From Lingula anatina (taxonomy: Eukaryota; Animalia; Brachiopoda), in assembly GCA_051362555.1 (NCBI GenBank), contig CM120644.1, positions 16,514,534 through 16,578,533 on the forward strand: DNA of 64,000 nt. Direction: 5' to 3'. A program made the translations under genes and the position numbers. The notes under the pieces were generated by a model. It searched no databases and had not been told where the DNA came from. It worked only from the letters and a program-made list of their open reading frames with translations. Shown here piece after piece: positions 36,120 to 49,028 of this stretch. Positions within the stretch are counted from its first letter, which is position 1. Every line of letters starts with the position of its first letter.

Positions 36120-36680
36120 TACCTGAATCAAGATACAATGTTCAAAAACAACTACAGCTGTGAGTCATATGTTAGGTTGTCTGACTATGAATAAGACATT
36201 AGGATCAGTACTCTGCCAATTTAAATGCGGAATACCACTGCTGAGACTAGAGACTGGCAGCTACGAGGGGAAAGAGGCTTCGTCCCGCCTTTGAAACTGT
36301 GTGATAAGAACATGGTTGAGGATAAGATTCATTTCGTGTGGTATGTCCCCTATACGAGGACATACGATGTAAGTTTCAGGGAGACTTGAACTGTAATTAT
36401 GTTGACAGGGAAGATTTATCTAAAATACTAATAGACTTAATTGTAAATATACCTAAAGACATGGCATTTTATTTAAAGAATAGTTTGAGTTCTATTCACG
36501 GCTCAAGAGTTGAGTGTACCATAAATTATAGTGTTTGATTAGTTATAACTTTCAATCTTATGGTTTTCTGTTTTGTTTTGTTTCTGATATATGTACACAT
36601 TTCGGAGGCTTGTAGGCCCATGAGGCCGGGTGATTTGTATTTCTACACATGTCACATGTCACATTAATAAATAAATAAAT
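36120..36680 (+). mobile_element. 3' fragment of a non-LTR retrotransposon (RTE-X/CR1-like ORF2 C-terminus plus tail)
   Basis: Degenerate QFKCGIPLLRLETGSY...LCDKNMVEDKIHF...CPLYEDIR matches the C-terminal LxxETGRY...CxxC...EDExHF...CP zinc-finger motif of LINE ORF2; ends in (TAAA)n at ~36665-36680. Confidence 0.65.
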
Positions 36681-36869
36681 ATTTTTCTACAATGCGAAGG
36701 TTTTTTAAATTCATTAAGCATCATTAAGCATCCCGTAGTAGTATTAATTGAAACTATTTTAATTCACTCATTTTCTAGTTTTTACTTATTATCGATTCCT
36801 TTACTTGTTTGCTTTTCAATGGTCAACAATCAGTTTGACATCAACATTTTAATCAGGATGTCGTAAGTT

Positions 36870-36874
<5 letters not shown>

Positions 36875-36928
<54 letters not shown>

Positions 36929-36940
36929 TACACACACACA

Positions 36941-36975
<35 letters not shown>
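36875..36975. repeat. Compound (CT)n(CA)n microsatellite upstream of lectin 3
   Basis: Direct reading; homologous compound repeat at 40058-40127 upstream of lectin 4. Confidence 0.9.
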
Positions 36976-36978
<3 letters not shown>

Positions 36979-37630
36979 TTGACATCCCCATTTATCATCT
37001 CTTTGAGCTAGTTGGAAAATTATGAACATTTTGACCCGGATTTCATTAGAAGAACAACACAAGTGTTTTTCTTTCACAAAATCAACTTTCCGACATTGTT
37101 GCTACAAGTTGCTGCATAAATCCTTTTTATTATGGAGCATTATCACAGATCATAGATTTTTAATAACATTCCAATCAGTTGACATCAGAGCATAGAATAC
37201 CAAATGAACTACGTATAGTAACAGTAGTATGTGCAATTAAAATTTCATTTTATATCTCAGTTTGTTGATACACCCAGCGAATATAATATCTTGACACTCT
37301 TAATGATAACGAAATACAAAATTAAATTCATTTTTCACTCTTTTGTCGGCACATTTGAGCCATGCATTCCTGTATGTTCTTAAATTCACCTAGCACCATG
37401 CCTTGTTCAAACCCTGACTGTCTCCTTCCGCTTGTTTATCAGGGAATTTTACAACATTAAAGAAGGATAAGTTTGACTAACGAACTTTGAATTTAATATT
37501 TCATCGAAATGTGTTGACAAGTTAGTACATAATAACAGCGGCATTAATAAAAGGGCACCCAGACATACGCTGCCGAAATATTCGACATTATCTGTCACAC
37601 CACACGTGTATTGCAAACTAATCATATCAA

Positions 37631-39251
37631 ATGGAAGCCATGCGTTCTGCGATGTGTTTGATGGTATGCCTCTTGATTGCAATTTGTACCGTTGTCTGCC
37701 GGGCACAATTGCCTCCAACAGGTCCCAGCAATCACCAGCAGCCTTTTTTAGCATCGGACCAACTGCAGTCCACTGCTGCCGACCACAAACAGCTTCTGGT
37801 GGCCGTTAAGGACAAAATAAATGACCTTAAGACGACCGACGAGTACCTGAGACAAAACCTGACACGGCAAGGACAAACCATCAGTCTTCAGTCCCAAAAG
37901 CAGCAAGAAAAGCTGGATGATGTCAATCAAAAGACGGTAAATCTAACAGACATTTTGAAAGATCTGGAGACGGCCATATCTGAATTGCAGAATGGAACAA
38001 TTAGGCAACGAATAATTACAAAAACAATCGAAAAAGAGTTGTCCTTTATGTCCAAAAATTTGACCAGTTTTCAAACAGTCCTAGAAGGACAAGTTCAACA
38101 AACGAATCGACAGGAAGCGCAGATGAAAATCATGGAAATTGCTCTTCAACATCAGCTGTCTTTGATTACAAAACTGGAAGAAAAGGGTTCCACTTTGGCG
38201 TCTACTGTTAATAACTTGACAGACGCGGGCGTGTGTAAGTTCAACGTTTCTTGTTTTATAATATGACTGTCTCATCCTATTCTTCTCTGCGTGTTCATGG
38301 CATAAAAATTAGTTCGCGTGTTAGTTGAGCGTTTCTTATCTAATAATATGAATGTCTCTTCACATTCTTCTTTTATTTCTTTCCATGACATAAGCATCAG
38401 CTGATATCAGATGATAATCATACAATTTATAAATTTGTATGTCGAGATTTCAAATGTTCTGCAATGTCATAGTGACATATCAAGTGTACCACGTCGACCA
38501 AACAACCCTAAAACAATAAACGTGGCAAACGTGCTCTTGATAAACAAAGAACAATACATTCTGAGTAAACAATGGCTTTTTTCTAAATCATCAATTGTGT
38601 ATTTATTCATCTATTTTGATGTTTCTCTTTTACTCAGGCGCAATTTGAAAAAAAAACTTAATACTTAGTAGATTTATTCATCTAATTAATTTGTTTTTTT
38701 TTTCTTTTCAGTTGGATTTACCAGGTATGGGACGTCATTATATCGGCTGGTCAATGTGGCTGCAACGTGGGCTGAAGCAGAGATCTACTGTCAGTTGCTA
38801 CATCCCGAGGCCCACCTTGCCACTGTGGAGAGCCAGAGCGAAAATAAATTTATACTGGGTCTCATCAAGAAGTACACCACGGGACCAAGTATGCATTTTT
38901 AAGCTGTGTTTGAAACAACGATACATAGATTATTCACAGTTTTCTAATAGATGAACAAATAGTATCAGGCATCAACAAACCATGTTAGAGATATCTGCTA
39001 AAACTATTTGATTTGTGTCAATTTTCTTTGCAGGTCGTACGTGGCTGGGTGGGCACGATAAGGCCACCGAAGGTCAGTGGAAATGGTGGAATGGGAAGTC
39101 ATTCACATACACTAACTGGAGGCCAGGCCAACCTAATAACTATCAAACAGGGGAGGACTGTTTAAACACATGGGAAACCGGTGTTTGGAGCGATCTTCAA
39201 TGCGACGCTAAGCATCCTTTTGTTTGTGAGATACACTCTATACACTTGTAG
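37631..39251 (+). CDS. Coiled-coil-neck C-type lectin 3 (332 aa; QPN/WSD); exons 37631-38234, 38712-38888, 39034-39251
   Basis: Signal peptide MEAMRSAMCLMVCLLIAICTVVCRA, coiled-coil neck, and the same exon/intron structure as lectin 1; spliced length 999 nt. Confidence 0.9.
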
Positions 39252-40053
39252 CTTAAGCTGCAACTCATATTTATACTGTAGCTGAAAATAGATTGTGAAC
39301 TTGATATTGTTTATAATTGTTTAAGAAGATTTTTAATTCTTATTTTCAGTTACGAATTGTAATGTGAGTGGCCTCAAGTTTATAATACGAGTTGTTGACA
39401 GAGCTGTCTGAACAGTTTTGCAAGTTTTTTGTCGTGGCTTAAACAGTGCTAGGTTTAAAAAGCAGTCTATCTCGGTTGATTTTACCCCAGTCAAATAAGT
39501 AATAGTAACGACAAACAACACCAAATTGCTTTTATTTTTCATTTGTGACTAATGAGCCCTATTATACACACAAGTTCCGCCTTAGACTACAGACGTTATA
39601 CAAGTTGCAGATAGCCTGTAGTGCAGGTGATGTAGGCTACTAATAGGAACAACTAAAACAGGACATGTACACGAATAAAAGAAGCATTCAAAGGTTAGAA
39701 AACCAGCGTAAGTTTTTACACTCTATCAAGGTCACAGATCGATTTTCATTAGATATTTATAGTTATCTTTGGCGATTTTATGAAATCTGCGCCTGGAAAA
39801 AGGTGTTAAAGAGTAGCCCTTTTCACCATCTCTGGAGAGAAGAGAATGCAGATAAACAAAGACATAGCGTATTAGTTTTAAAGGTCAATCATCATTTATA
39901 AAAAATGTAGTTTTTATATTTATCATTAAAACCACTGCCATTCAAATATTTAGTTATTTGTCATTATTTCATTGATTTGTTTGTTTTATTCTCGCCAAAA
40001 GGAAGTTTTGAAAATAGAATTACCGCTCCCCTCTCATTCTCTATATGCTCACT

Positions 40054-40094
<41 letters not shown>

Positions 40095-40095
40095 T

Positions 40096-40128
<33 letters not shown>

Positions 40129-40838
40129 TTCGACACTTTCACATACACTTTCACATGCACACAAGATATTATGCACTCTATCGTGAGCTTGTTGGTAAAT
40201 ATTGAACATTTTAACCCCGCTGTCTTTAGAAAACAACACAACGTTATTTTTCTTAAAAAGAAGACACCTTTCCGTCATTGCTGCAACTTGAAGATACACA
40301 GACCGTTTCCTAATTGTACGTTATCATAGTTCATAAATGCGGTCTTGATAGTATTCCAATGAGTTGACATAGAGCCATGGGACATCAAATGAACCGTCTA
40401 TGGTAACAGTAGCATGTGCCATAAAATTTTCATTTTATATCTCAGTTTGATGATTTACCCAGCAAATACTGGTATATCATGTTGATGATACTAACCATGA
40501 TGAGATACTGAATGTAATATTTTTTCATCCATTGATTGGTACATTTCACCATTCCTGTTTGTCCTGCACTTAACCTATCAGTGCCTTGCCGTTTTCGCAC
40601 CACCCTGCCTCTTGTCATCTGTATAGCTGTTTATCGGGAAACTTAGATAATTTTGACTCCAAACACCAAACTTTTAATTGAAAATTTTATCTGCACAACG
40701 TAAACATATGTATAATGATAGCAGCAGCAATAAAAAGACATCAAGACATGCGCCATACATGTAGCAAATTCACATGCGGTATAGTAAGCTTTGTCCGCCA
40801 CGCATACAGGTATAGCAAATTAAACTGTATACTGCATA

Positions 40839-43524
40839 ATGGAAGCCATATGTTTGACGACGAGTTTGATGGCATTTCTCTTGATCAGTCCTGGTACCAA
40901 TGTTTGCCATGCACAATTTCTTCCGACCGCTTCCAACAATGCTCATCTCCTTCTCCAAGTCCAGAACTACCTGCTCCAGCTGCAGTCCACTGCTGTCGAA
41001 AACAAGCAGCTTCTGATGACTGTCAAGGACAAAATAAATGACCTTAAGGCCACCGACCAGTACCTGAGACAAAACCTGACCCAGCAGGGACAAACCATAA
41101 ATTTTCAGTCCAAAAAGCAGCAAGAAAAGCTGGATGATGTCAATCAAAAGACGGTAAATCTAACAGACATTTTGAAAGATCTGGAGACGGCCATATCTGA
41201 ATTGCAGAATGGAACAATCAAGCAACGAATCATTTCACAAACAATCGAAAAAGAGCTGATATTCTTGTCCGAGAATTTGACCAGTTTTCAAACAGTTCTC
41301 GATGGACAGGTTCAACAAAATAATCGACAGGAAGCGCAGATGAAAATCATGGAACTTGCTCTTCAGCATCAGCTGGCGTTGGTTACAAAACTGGAAGAAA
41401 AGGGTGCAATTTTGACGTCTTCTGTTAATAACTTGACCGACGCAGGCGTGTGTAAGTTCCGGGTTTCTTATGTTATAATATAACATAAGAAAATATTCTA
41501 TTTTTCGGCTTAAGGTGGAATAAGAATACTGTGTAAGTTTCTTATATTATAATATAAACGCCTCATCACATTTGTACTACCTGTACATGGCATAAGAATG
41601 CGAAGTAAAATGTAAACAATGAAAGTTTTAAAATTATAAACACACTTTGAAAACATTTCGGTTAAAAAATGGTTGAAACCAACCGATTCAACCGTTCAAT
41701 GTATGTCCAACTAATAATCCGGTTGATGTAGCTGATTCATGAACGATAGGTACATTAACCGATTCGAAGTTTTGACCAGTTAATCAGTTGAAATCTACTA
41801 TAGCAAACAGATAAATTTAAACTATAAAATTCCAACCGGTTTAAAACAGTTAGTTTCTCTGGTTGAATTCAGTCAATATATTTGGTTGTATTTAACTGAT
41901 GGTACAGCTGAAATTAACTATAGGCCTATCTTTGGTTTAAATATTTCATGTCAACTAATTCGATCGTTTAATTTTTACCAAAATTTTAGTTACAACTAAC
42001 CTTACAAACAGTTAAATTCAACAGCAAAATGTAAGAGAAAGTCTCTAAAATCTTCTGAGTGTTTTGCAAAGTTTGAGGTGAGCCCACTGAGACGCAGAGA
42101 GTACGATATCCTTCTAACCTACTAGGGGAATGAGGGTGAGGACGTGAACGCCTGATAACGCATAGTAATTTCCATCATAACTTATTGACACTAAACACAT
42201 CCACAGAGATGATGTAAACAGCTCTGTTAAATTAAGTCAAGGGAGAAGCACATAAATCCCACATAGTCATGAACAACGATTTGGACATCAAAAACACATT
42301 AAAACTTTTTTTAATTTCGATAATGATCCACCATACAAAAATTTGCAGGACCACATTACTTTGGCGGGTTACGGTATAACGTGATGCGCCAAAAGTGCAT
42401 GCGCATAATTAATGTTTTAAAACTTTTAGACTAAGGACATGTTTTAGTGCCGTTATACTCAAGAAAGTTCATTTTAAAGTACATTTTGATTTAAAAAATG
42501 GAATGCACTATACAAGAACAATTATTATTATTATTATTATTTGACGAAACATTTCTGAAAAACATGAATGGCAAACATGCACTCGATAAACAGTGGAAAA
42601 TAAACACTGAAAGGACAATGTCGTTTTTTAAATCAACACTAATTTAGTTATGCATCATCTTTATTTATTCTTTTACTTAGACGCAATTAAAAAACACCTG
42701 CTTAATATAGAGTAGATTTATTCGCAAATAAATTTTGTTGTTTTTTTTTTCTTTTCAGTTGGATTTACCAGGTATGGGACGTCATTATATCGGCTGGTCA
42801 GCGTGGCCGCAACGTGGGCTGAAGCAGAGATCTACTGTCAATTGCTCCATCCCAAGGCCCACTTCGTCACAGTGGAGAACGAGAGTGAAAATAAATTTGT
42901 GCTCGGTCTTACCAAGAAAGGTAAAAGTAAGCATTGTTTAGCAACTTCATGTTAATTGAAATAAATTATTTAGAGCAGAAGATCCGAGGATCTACTGATC
43001 CAACCATCAAATATGGCGGACCTACATAAAAGAAAAGCCGACTAAGCCGCTGATGGTCTCCCTGCCTCCATAGACGCCGTCCTTGCATGATCTAGCAATT
43101 AAGCCTCGGATCCATGATTTAATCCGTTTAATGGCGTGTGTCCGCTCTTCTCTCATGTTGGGTCCACCATATTTGATCCGTGGATCAGTAGATCGTCGCA
43201 TCTTATGTTCTGACTGGCCCCTAATAGAAGCATAAATATCATTAGGCGTACCGAAAAAAAAAATGTCAAGGACTGGTTAAACGATTAAATTTCGTATCGA
43301 TTTTCTTTGCAGAGAATACGTGGCTGGGTGGTCACGATAAGGTCACTGAAGGTCAATGGAAATGGTGGAATGGCAAGCCTTTCTCATACACTAACTGGGT
43401 ACCCAATAAACCTGATAACTATAAATCAGGGGAGGACTGTTTAAACATGTGGAAAACCGGCCAATGGGACGATAACCCATGCGACTTTAAGCGTCCCTTT
43501 GTTTGTGAGATAGATTCTATGTGA
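40839..43524 (+). CDS. Coiled-coil-neck C-type lectin 4 (~330 aa; KPD/WDD); exons 40839-41451, 42759-42926 (alt. donor 42920), 43313-43524
   Basis: Signal peptide and neck. Last exon NTWLGGHDKVTEGQWKWWNGKPFSYTNWVPNKPDNYKSGEDCLNMWKTGQWDDNPCDFKRPFVCEIDSM* is not in the ORF track but is in frame after a phase-1 TTGCAG acceptor. Confidence 0.88.
42972..43221. mobile_element. MITE in intron 2 of lectin 4
   Basis: ~55-bp imperfect inverted repeats (GATCCGAGGATCTACTGATCC..ATCAAATATGGCGGACC vs GGTCCACCATATTTGAT..GGATCAGTAGATCGTCGCATC). Right end GGCCCC-TAA. Absent from the equivalent intron of lectins 1 and 3. Confidence 0.7.
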
Positions 43525-44579
43525 TTATGCTGCGGCTCTTCCATGAAAAATCTAGCATTGAATAATAGAGTTCTGACATTTACGTTGTTTCGCAGCCGCT
43601 TCAGATTAAAAATTTGACCCCCAGTTGCAAATTGCAAATAGTAATGTAATTTGAATGGACGCCAGTTAGATATAAATACAGGTATATTTAGATTTTAATC
43701 AAATTTACGATTTTTTGTTTCAATTAGACCCTACTAGTGTTAACTTAACCACGCTCTTCGATTTCACACATTCAAGAAATATTTCGACTTGACAAGTTGT
43801 TAATGAAGATATGTTCTCGCGGCCTGTAACCAACTTAAACACGCGCGTGCCATGGTTCAGCGTTGATATCTAACTTACCAAGTATTTAGTCAAGTGGCTG
43901 TTCACCAAGAGTGACACACAGACATCAACAAGGCTATTCATATCGGGGCCCGGACAGAGCCAAAGCTGTGGTGACCTTGACAAGTAAAATTAGGTAATCA
44001 TGTAAACAAAAACTTCTTGGTCGTGCAGATACTGCTAACGTCTGCTAATATATCACAACCAAAAGCGTCATAAAATGCTATAACTGGTTGAAATCCAATT
44101 GTTAAAATCAAGGGTATTTTAAAACACACGGTTACAAATCAAGAACTTCGCTTTCATAATTCAGTTCAGTCCCAGAGCAAAATGAAACATTATCGCTGTC
44201 AAAGAGAACCTGGGGAGCATTAAAAGTGTAATTTTATCAAAAAATCAGATAACCTCCACGTTTTTTCTGTTACAAAGCACGGAACATCACCAGTTTTCTC
44301 TTAGTATCCAAGGTATTGAAAACTGTGTCAGAGGATCATGAGGCCTAAATGTAAACAACTTAAAATCAAAATATTTAGGGTTAAATACCAGAACCTTATC
44401 ATCACACACGCCTGACCGATTTTCTGACCCCCTTTTTATCTTGTGTAACCACATATACGTGTTTCTCATCAGTCCCAAAAGCACAAAAGCAGTTTAATCC
44501 AATTTAACGCGACTACTTCGCTGCTCATCCTCTTCGTGACGGCCACGAGAATTGCTGAAGACGCCAAGACGACGCCAAA

Positions 44580-47003
44580 ATGACGATGACGAAGCTTTTG
44601 ATTACGTGCGTATTGTTCTTTGCCTGCTGCAGTAATGGTCAAGCGCAGATTTTGCCGGCCGGTGGTCAGCCAACTCCAGGAGCAAGTGACTACACCAAAC
44701 TCCTTCTCCAGGTCCAGAACTACCTTCTCCAACTTCAGTCCACTGTGGTTGACCACAAGCAGCTTCTGATGGCCATGAAGGACAAGGTGAACGACCTCGC
44801 GGTCACTGACCAGCAACTAACCTACAATATCACCCTGCTGGAGAACCTTGCGCACAGCCAGATACAGAATCTACAGAAGCAGATGACATTGGTTTCCAAC
44901 CAGAATGCCAATGTGACGGCATTGGTCCAATCCCTGCAATTGACCGTCTCCAGTCTACAGAGGGAGATAGGAGCGAAGGAAATCGTCATGAAGGCACAGG
45001 AGGCAAAACTTGACCTGCTGTCTGAGCAAGTCGCCAATCTGACCGCTGTTCTCGGTGACCAGGTCGCCTTGACCAGTTACCACAGCAGCCAAATCAAGAC
45101 TCTGGAACTGGCTTTAGAGAAGCAAATCGCCAAGGTTTCGGCTCTAGAGGCGAACCAACAGGCACTAAAAAGCACAACTAAACCAGCTGTTGATCCCAGC
45201 AAATGTAAGTGAATTGCACCCCGCAATCGGATATATATATAAATGACAATCACACAGAAATCATGGTGTTAATTACTTAAAGAGATAACAACTCTTCATT
45301 TTGGCGGGAAAAGTGGCTGAAAAGATTTCAGAATACTTGCGATAACCGCTTTTTTGTGGCAAAATGGAATTAATTATATTTTTGTTTTGTTTACACTGTA
45401 TTTATTGCAGAACTTTGAATTTCCTGCGAAGAGTTGTTATCCCTTTAAGATTTCAACCGCATTTGAATACATTAAAGGCGAATCTTGCATATGCAATCAT
45501 TATTACAGCAAGGGGAAGGGGTAGGAAAGAAAAAGAAACTGATTTTTTTGTTTGTATATTGATCATAATATAAAAAACGAACAAAATTGTTATAAAAGTC
45601 AAAATGAATTTATTAAATATTAACAATATTTCATCCTAATTCTCCCACAGTTGGATTTACCAAATACCAGAACTCATGGTACAAGTACGTGAAGAGAGTT
45701 TCCAATTGGAACGACGCCGATTTCTACTGCCAGCAGTTGCTCCCGGGTGCCCGCCTTGCCTCCATAGAAAATGAGCAAGAGAACAACTTCGTATGGAACC
45801 TGGTTAAGGACGTTCACTCAGGTGAGTCTATCTTTCTATGACAGACGCACTGAGCTGATTATTTGAGAGTGTTTTTGAATTTGATCTTGCTTAAGCCCCC
45901 TACACACTGAAAAGTTGGCGAATCACCTTTGGCAGAAGAAGCAAGGCAAAGTAGAAAATTATATTGAATGTGAGGTTTTTTAAATTAGATCTTACCATTC
46001 GCCCTCCTCTTACAAGTATACTATCTGGGATTTCCCCACCAAATCGAATTTTCCCCGAAAAAACAAAAAGGGAGTGTCACCTAATTATGAATTGTTGCTT
46101 GACTCGTCCCTACAGCTGGAGTCGACGTACTACCAAACGATTTGCAAGCCATTAAGCCTGCCACGTATTCCTGTGTATATCGACATGTATATGTAACATG
46201 GCCTTGAATTTTGACGCTTACCGATTGGTCTAAAAGCTGTCACGTGAGGTCAATCATTTTAGTGAACTCACTCCCCCAACTTTTTTGTGTACATCGCGTA
46301 AGACAGAAACTGCATCGATACGTTATCGATGTGTCTTAGCTTTTGACAATTATTCGTGTGATTTTGTAACGCTGTAACAAAGCAGTTATACCCATGTTGT
46401 GTTTGGGCAACTCTGGACTAGGTTCAACCCTCTACGTCAATAACTGCACAGAGGTGCTTTTTTTTGTAGGGTGTTATCGTTTTTACTGTCTGAATTTGGA
46501 AAGATCAGTCACTTTGTAGGATATGACTTTCGGGTATTTTCAGACTTTGATACTATACCTTTAAAGTACCATTTACCATTGTATTCGTGTTATGAATAGG
46601 GCCTACTGATGTGCCAAAATAAACTAAGCTGAACATCTCTCTCCCTTCAACCACTGCGATAAAACCCTGGATAACCATTGACTGATCTTTCAAAAATAGT
46701 GCCTCGGTCTCTGTTGTTTCCGGCATCTCGGGCCTACCTACGGATATACTAAAGATATATTTATCATTTTTTATTATTTCAGACGACCGCGTTTGGTTGG
46801 GTGCCCATGACAGAAATAGGGAAGGTTCTTGGTTCTGGGTGAATGGCAAGCAGATGAGGTACACTAGATGGGACAATCGTCAACCCGACAATCAGAACGA
46901 CGAAGACTGCCTTGACATGTGGCAAGAGCACGGTCGCTGGAACGATATGGATTGCTCCTATCGAAACCAAGGACTCGTCTGCGAAATAAGCGCAACTGCT
47001 TAA
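44580..47003 (+). CDS. Divergent coiled-coil-neck C-type lectin 5 (338 aa; QPD/WND); exons 44580-45204, 45651-45821, 46783-47003
   Basis: Signal peptide MTMTKLLITCVLFFACCSNGQA and neck with LLLQVQNYLLQLQST. Exon 2 FGFTKYQNSWYKYVKRVSNWNDADFYCQQLLPGARLASIENEQENNFV; exon 3 RVWLGAHD...QPDN...EDCL...WNDMDC...VCE. Phase-1 GT-AG introns. Confidence 0.9.
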
Positions 47004-47030
47004 CACTGCGTCATCAGTAAAGCTTCCTTA

Positions 47031-47286
47031 GACCCCCATTCCCATACCTAGATCGATCTAGCAGGATCGACCCATCTCCGAGGGGTTTCTCGCTAAATTA
47101 CATTCAGCTTAAGCGGCTCTGATGTCTGGCACGCCTACTAGAGCTGTTACGGGATAATTAACTCTCGTTTAATAGCTTCAGTGGGCGTGCAAGACATCTA
47201 AGTCGCTTCATCTGAATGCAATTTAGCGAGAATCCCCTTGTTGATGGGTCGATCCTGCTAGATCGATCTAGGTATGGGAAGGGGCC
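47031..47286. mobile_element. PIF/Harbinger-like MITE just downstream of lectin 5 stop
   Basis: ~70-bp inverted repeats (CCCATACCTAGATCGATCTAGCAGGATCGACCCATC...), flanked by TTA/TAA, with a GGGGCC terminus. Confidence 0.8.
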
Positions 47287-48993
47287 TAAGTGTGCAGTTT
47301 GTAAGCTGCTACTGACACACTTTAGCGTATGTCAAGACCTTTGTATTTTCTTTTATCATTACGCAACCGTAAACTCAAAATTAAAAATGCTATTACTTTG
47401 ACTTATGCACATCTAGCGTGTAAATAGGTCGAAGTGACACATTTAAGTCATCGAAAACATTCGAAATTTTAAGTTTCCTGTTGCGTATTGAAAAAAAATT
47501 TTAAAAAAACCCCACAAGGTCTTGATATACGCAATAATGTTATTTTACAGTGTTTTGCCTGACTATGCAGCATCTTAACAGCCTCCTTCGTGACGTTTTT
47601 GTCACTTTATAGCTTAACAATCTTCTCCATCAAACTATGGAAATGTTAACTGAATTACTTTGCGGTAAAGTCCCTAACTGCGCAGTATTGCTGTTGTCTA
47701 AATTTTCACTTTGCCGAACTATCTTAATAACTCAAAATTAAAACAATAAAACAAGATAGTTGCTTTAATGTCCTGGGTTAATAGATTTTTAATTTAAAAT
47801 TAATAAATAATTCCGTTGCAATCTATGTATTTTTATGTGATCATTCACCTTAAAGTTAGACTGTTTCTTGTTCGAAGTCCATTTGAAATTCGTTAACTTA
47901 ACTATGTGGCTAGTTTTAAAAAAAGTACAGCCAAAGGTTAAAATTTTTTAAAAAGAAATCTTGAATTAAATTCATTAAGATAGATCATTTGACCCAATTT
48001 AATTCAAGGCAAATCCTCCCATTAGTAGCCCCTAAAGATACAGAAATCGGCGGTTTAAAGTATTTTTATTTCCAAAATATGCGCACTGTTTTATCAATCC
48101 AATACTTTTTTAATTTAATTTCACGACTTGTAAGTTTATCTTTTTTACTTTTAAAACTGCTATCAAACTTAGGACCTAAACTTAAATTTAGCTTTACGTT
48201 AAACAGGGGCCAAGCATTATTCCCTTTCGATCGGTCTCTTTTGCCTTCGGGGTTCGGTTTCTAGAGCAGACACATTGTGTAAAACAAGAGATATATCACT
48301 ATTTCTGAGTGCGACAATTTATTTGTATTCATTTTTGTAATGAATATCAGACCCTACTCTGTACCATGTTGAAACCCCGGGAATAAATGTAACTGTTCAA
48401 GCTGCCCCCGTCGCCAGTTTCCACTGAAATTCTTTACATCTGAGTGAAATGTGAGGCACTGTTTTAAAGTTTAATTCATTTTGGTACGTTAGTGCTAAGT
48501 GTATATCCACCAGTATCAAGCCCGTACAAAAAGTAGCATTTTGTCGTTTTCTTACGTTACTTTGACAAATTGACCCAGGGCATTAATGTTTACAGCAGGT
48601 GACACCATCACGCCACTTGTTATGCTTCTTCTCACGCGAGAAACAGTATGAGACTCTCCCCTCATTTTCTCCCTCTTTCTCTCACACATGCACACACGCG
48701 CGCGCGCACACACACACATTGGGCCGTCTTCTATGCGTATCAAAATGTCAGTATGTATTCCTTAGCTTAACACCCTATTCAAATGTTGCCTTTGTCGAAA
48801 TGAGAAAGGCATTGATTTGCAATTTGTATTCTGCGTGAGTGCAAAGAACAGAAAGAAAAAAAGTCGTTTCCTTATTTACCTACATGCCGGAAAATTGATG
48901 TGAGAACCTATTTAAAAATTGGAAGGAGCACCCAACAAGTAGACTTTTATTCACATAATTTTTGCCAGTGTGTGTGTGTGGTGTGTGTGTGAG

Positions 48994-49028
<35 letters not shown>

